The translations under genes and the position numbers were made by a program. A DNA stretch of 64,000 bases from contig CAXXJJ010000004.1 in NCBI GenBank assembly GCA_963667015.2, forward strand, positions 736,001 to 800,000, in the 5' to 3' direction. The notes below the pieces were generated by a model. It was given only the letters and a program-made list of their open reading frames with translations, ran no database searches and was not told the origin of the DNA. This DNA is from Desulfatiglandales bacterium (GTDB lineage: Bacteria; Desulfobacterota; DSM-4660; Desulfatiglandales; HGW-15). This document shows, one piece after another, positions 62,976-64,000 of the stretch. The stretch's first letter is position 1; each line of letters begins with the position of its first letter.

Positions 62976-63272
62976 TCAAGCAGCGACCATGCCATAAGTT
63001 ACTCCTACAGTTATTCCAAGAACAACTCCAAGCCAAGCCATGAATATGGATGTTTTTTTATATTTACGACCAATTAACGCCTCAATAGCGCTGAATAAAA
63101 GAGGCAACAAGATGGACCAAATAAATGTAGCTCTATCTATCCCGAAATTGATTGTGAATATGTATCCAATAAAAATGAAGCATATGAAGACAGTAAGTGT
63201 GTATAAATTAAAGAAGCCACTCCTCCTCCGCAAAAATTGTTTTCGGAGATTCTCTATCGATACCAAAGACAT
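62976..63272 (-). CDS. Small 3-TM membrane protein
   Basis: Three hydrophobic segments; AAGGAG RBS; 17 bp after the upstream gene's stop. Confidence 0.7.
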   Translation of the reverse strand: MSLVSIENLRKQFLRRRSGFFNLYTLTVFICFIFIGYIFTINFGIDRATFIWSILLPLLFSAIEALIGRKYKKTSIFMAWLGVVLGITVGVTYGMVAA

Positions 63273-63289
63273 TTTAATATACTCCTTTG

Positions 63290-63880
63290 TTACTCAAGTC
63301 CGTTTTTCAAAACTCTCTTGATATCACTTAACTTTCCTTTACCAATCTTAACTTCTCGATTCGACAGTTCTTTTTCAAACAGAGTGCTTGGTTTCTCTAA
63401 GCCAGTTTCTTCAACTACTTGTTTTTTGTGTCTAGCTTCTTTTGTAACAGCACTTATGTAATCTAAGAGAGTACTCAACGGATGAATTTTCCCTTCCTTC
63501 ATTAAGTATTCTTCTTCGGGAAGAAATGAGCAAGCCTTCAGATAATCTTCTTTATCACTATCTTGATCATCATGGCGCACTGACTCTCTTTCCTTCCAGA
63601 TAAAATAGGCTTTTATATTCTTATATTCCTCAATCGTTATGCTGTTAAGATATTTGAAATAAGCATTTGGGATATTGAAGTAAATTCCTCTTTTAAAATC
63701 AGTAAGTACATCATCACCAATTTTAAAGCCAACCATTCGGACAGCGTCCTGCCAATCAGACTCAATCCTTTTATAATCATTGTCAACTAGCATGCCGCGG
63801 TTAATCCACAAAAAGTCTGCATGCAAAGCAGTCAATACTTCGAGGAAATCTTCTCTATATACTTTAGGCTTTTCTTCCAT
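63290..63880 (-). CDS. Hypothetical protein with two AxFxWxxR...D(W/Y)xxA repeats (DUF2934-like)
   Basis: HADFLWINRG..SDWQDA and KAYFIWKERE..EDYLKA; start set at ATG 63880 behind AAGGA. Confidence 0.65.
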   Translation of the reverse strand: MEEKPKVYREDFLEVLTALHADFLWINRGMLVDNDYKRIESDWQDAVRMVGFKIGDDVLTDFKRGIYFNIPNAYFKYLNSITIEEYKNIKAYFIWKERESVRHDDQDSDKEDYLKACSFLPEEEYLMKEGKIHPLSTLLDYISAVTKEARHKKQVVEETGLEKPSTLFEKELSNREVKIGKGKLSDIKRVLKNGLE

Positions 63881-64000
63881 TGATTGATCCTTACAAATTA
63901 AGTGATTTAATATTTGAAATAGAATACTAATATATTTCAAATCAATTTAAAATGTGCACTTCTTGCCATAGTCTTTAAAATGGTGAAAGTTGAGATTGCT

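Larger units (their letters stand above)
53281..64000. mobile_element. Prophage-like element integrated at the 3' end of selC (right end outside the window)
   Basis: Tyrosine integrase and xis directly after the tRNA, CI-like/Ner-like switch, tightly coupled small phage-type ORFs. Confidence 0.85.

Overview
Bacterial chromosome segment. The gene content, sigma54 promoters and tRNA-Sec suggest an anaerobic Desulfobacterota-like organism (inference). Positions 1-53280 are mostly housekeeping and metabolic genes: a xanthine-dehydrogenase-family molybdoenzyme cluster with TetR, two sensor kinases, cstA, ABC/SLC13/CNT/AmpG transporters, a sigma54-driven glnK-amtB operon followed by two duplicated outer-membrane barrel genes, thiE-thiL, queG, map, fusA, beta-oxidation genes, glgC-glgP-glgB, asd and selC (tRNA-Sec). 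From about 53280 to the window end lies a phage-like element integrated at selC. It has a CI-like repressor divergent from one long leftward run of genes (ner-like, RHH, small ORFs, ASCH, xis, int). The most unusual features are in that run: a full-length, four-domain chromosomal-type DnaA with an altered DnaA-box signature, a shortened degenerate beta-clamp (DnaN)-like protein, a strand-specific multi-hairpin non-coding RNA candidate, and a duplicated leader hairpin bracketing a two-gene cassette. All calls come from reading motifs by eye; no database searches were run.
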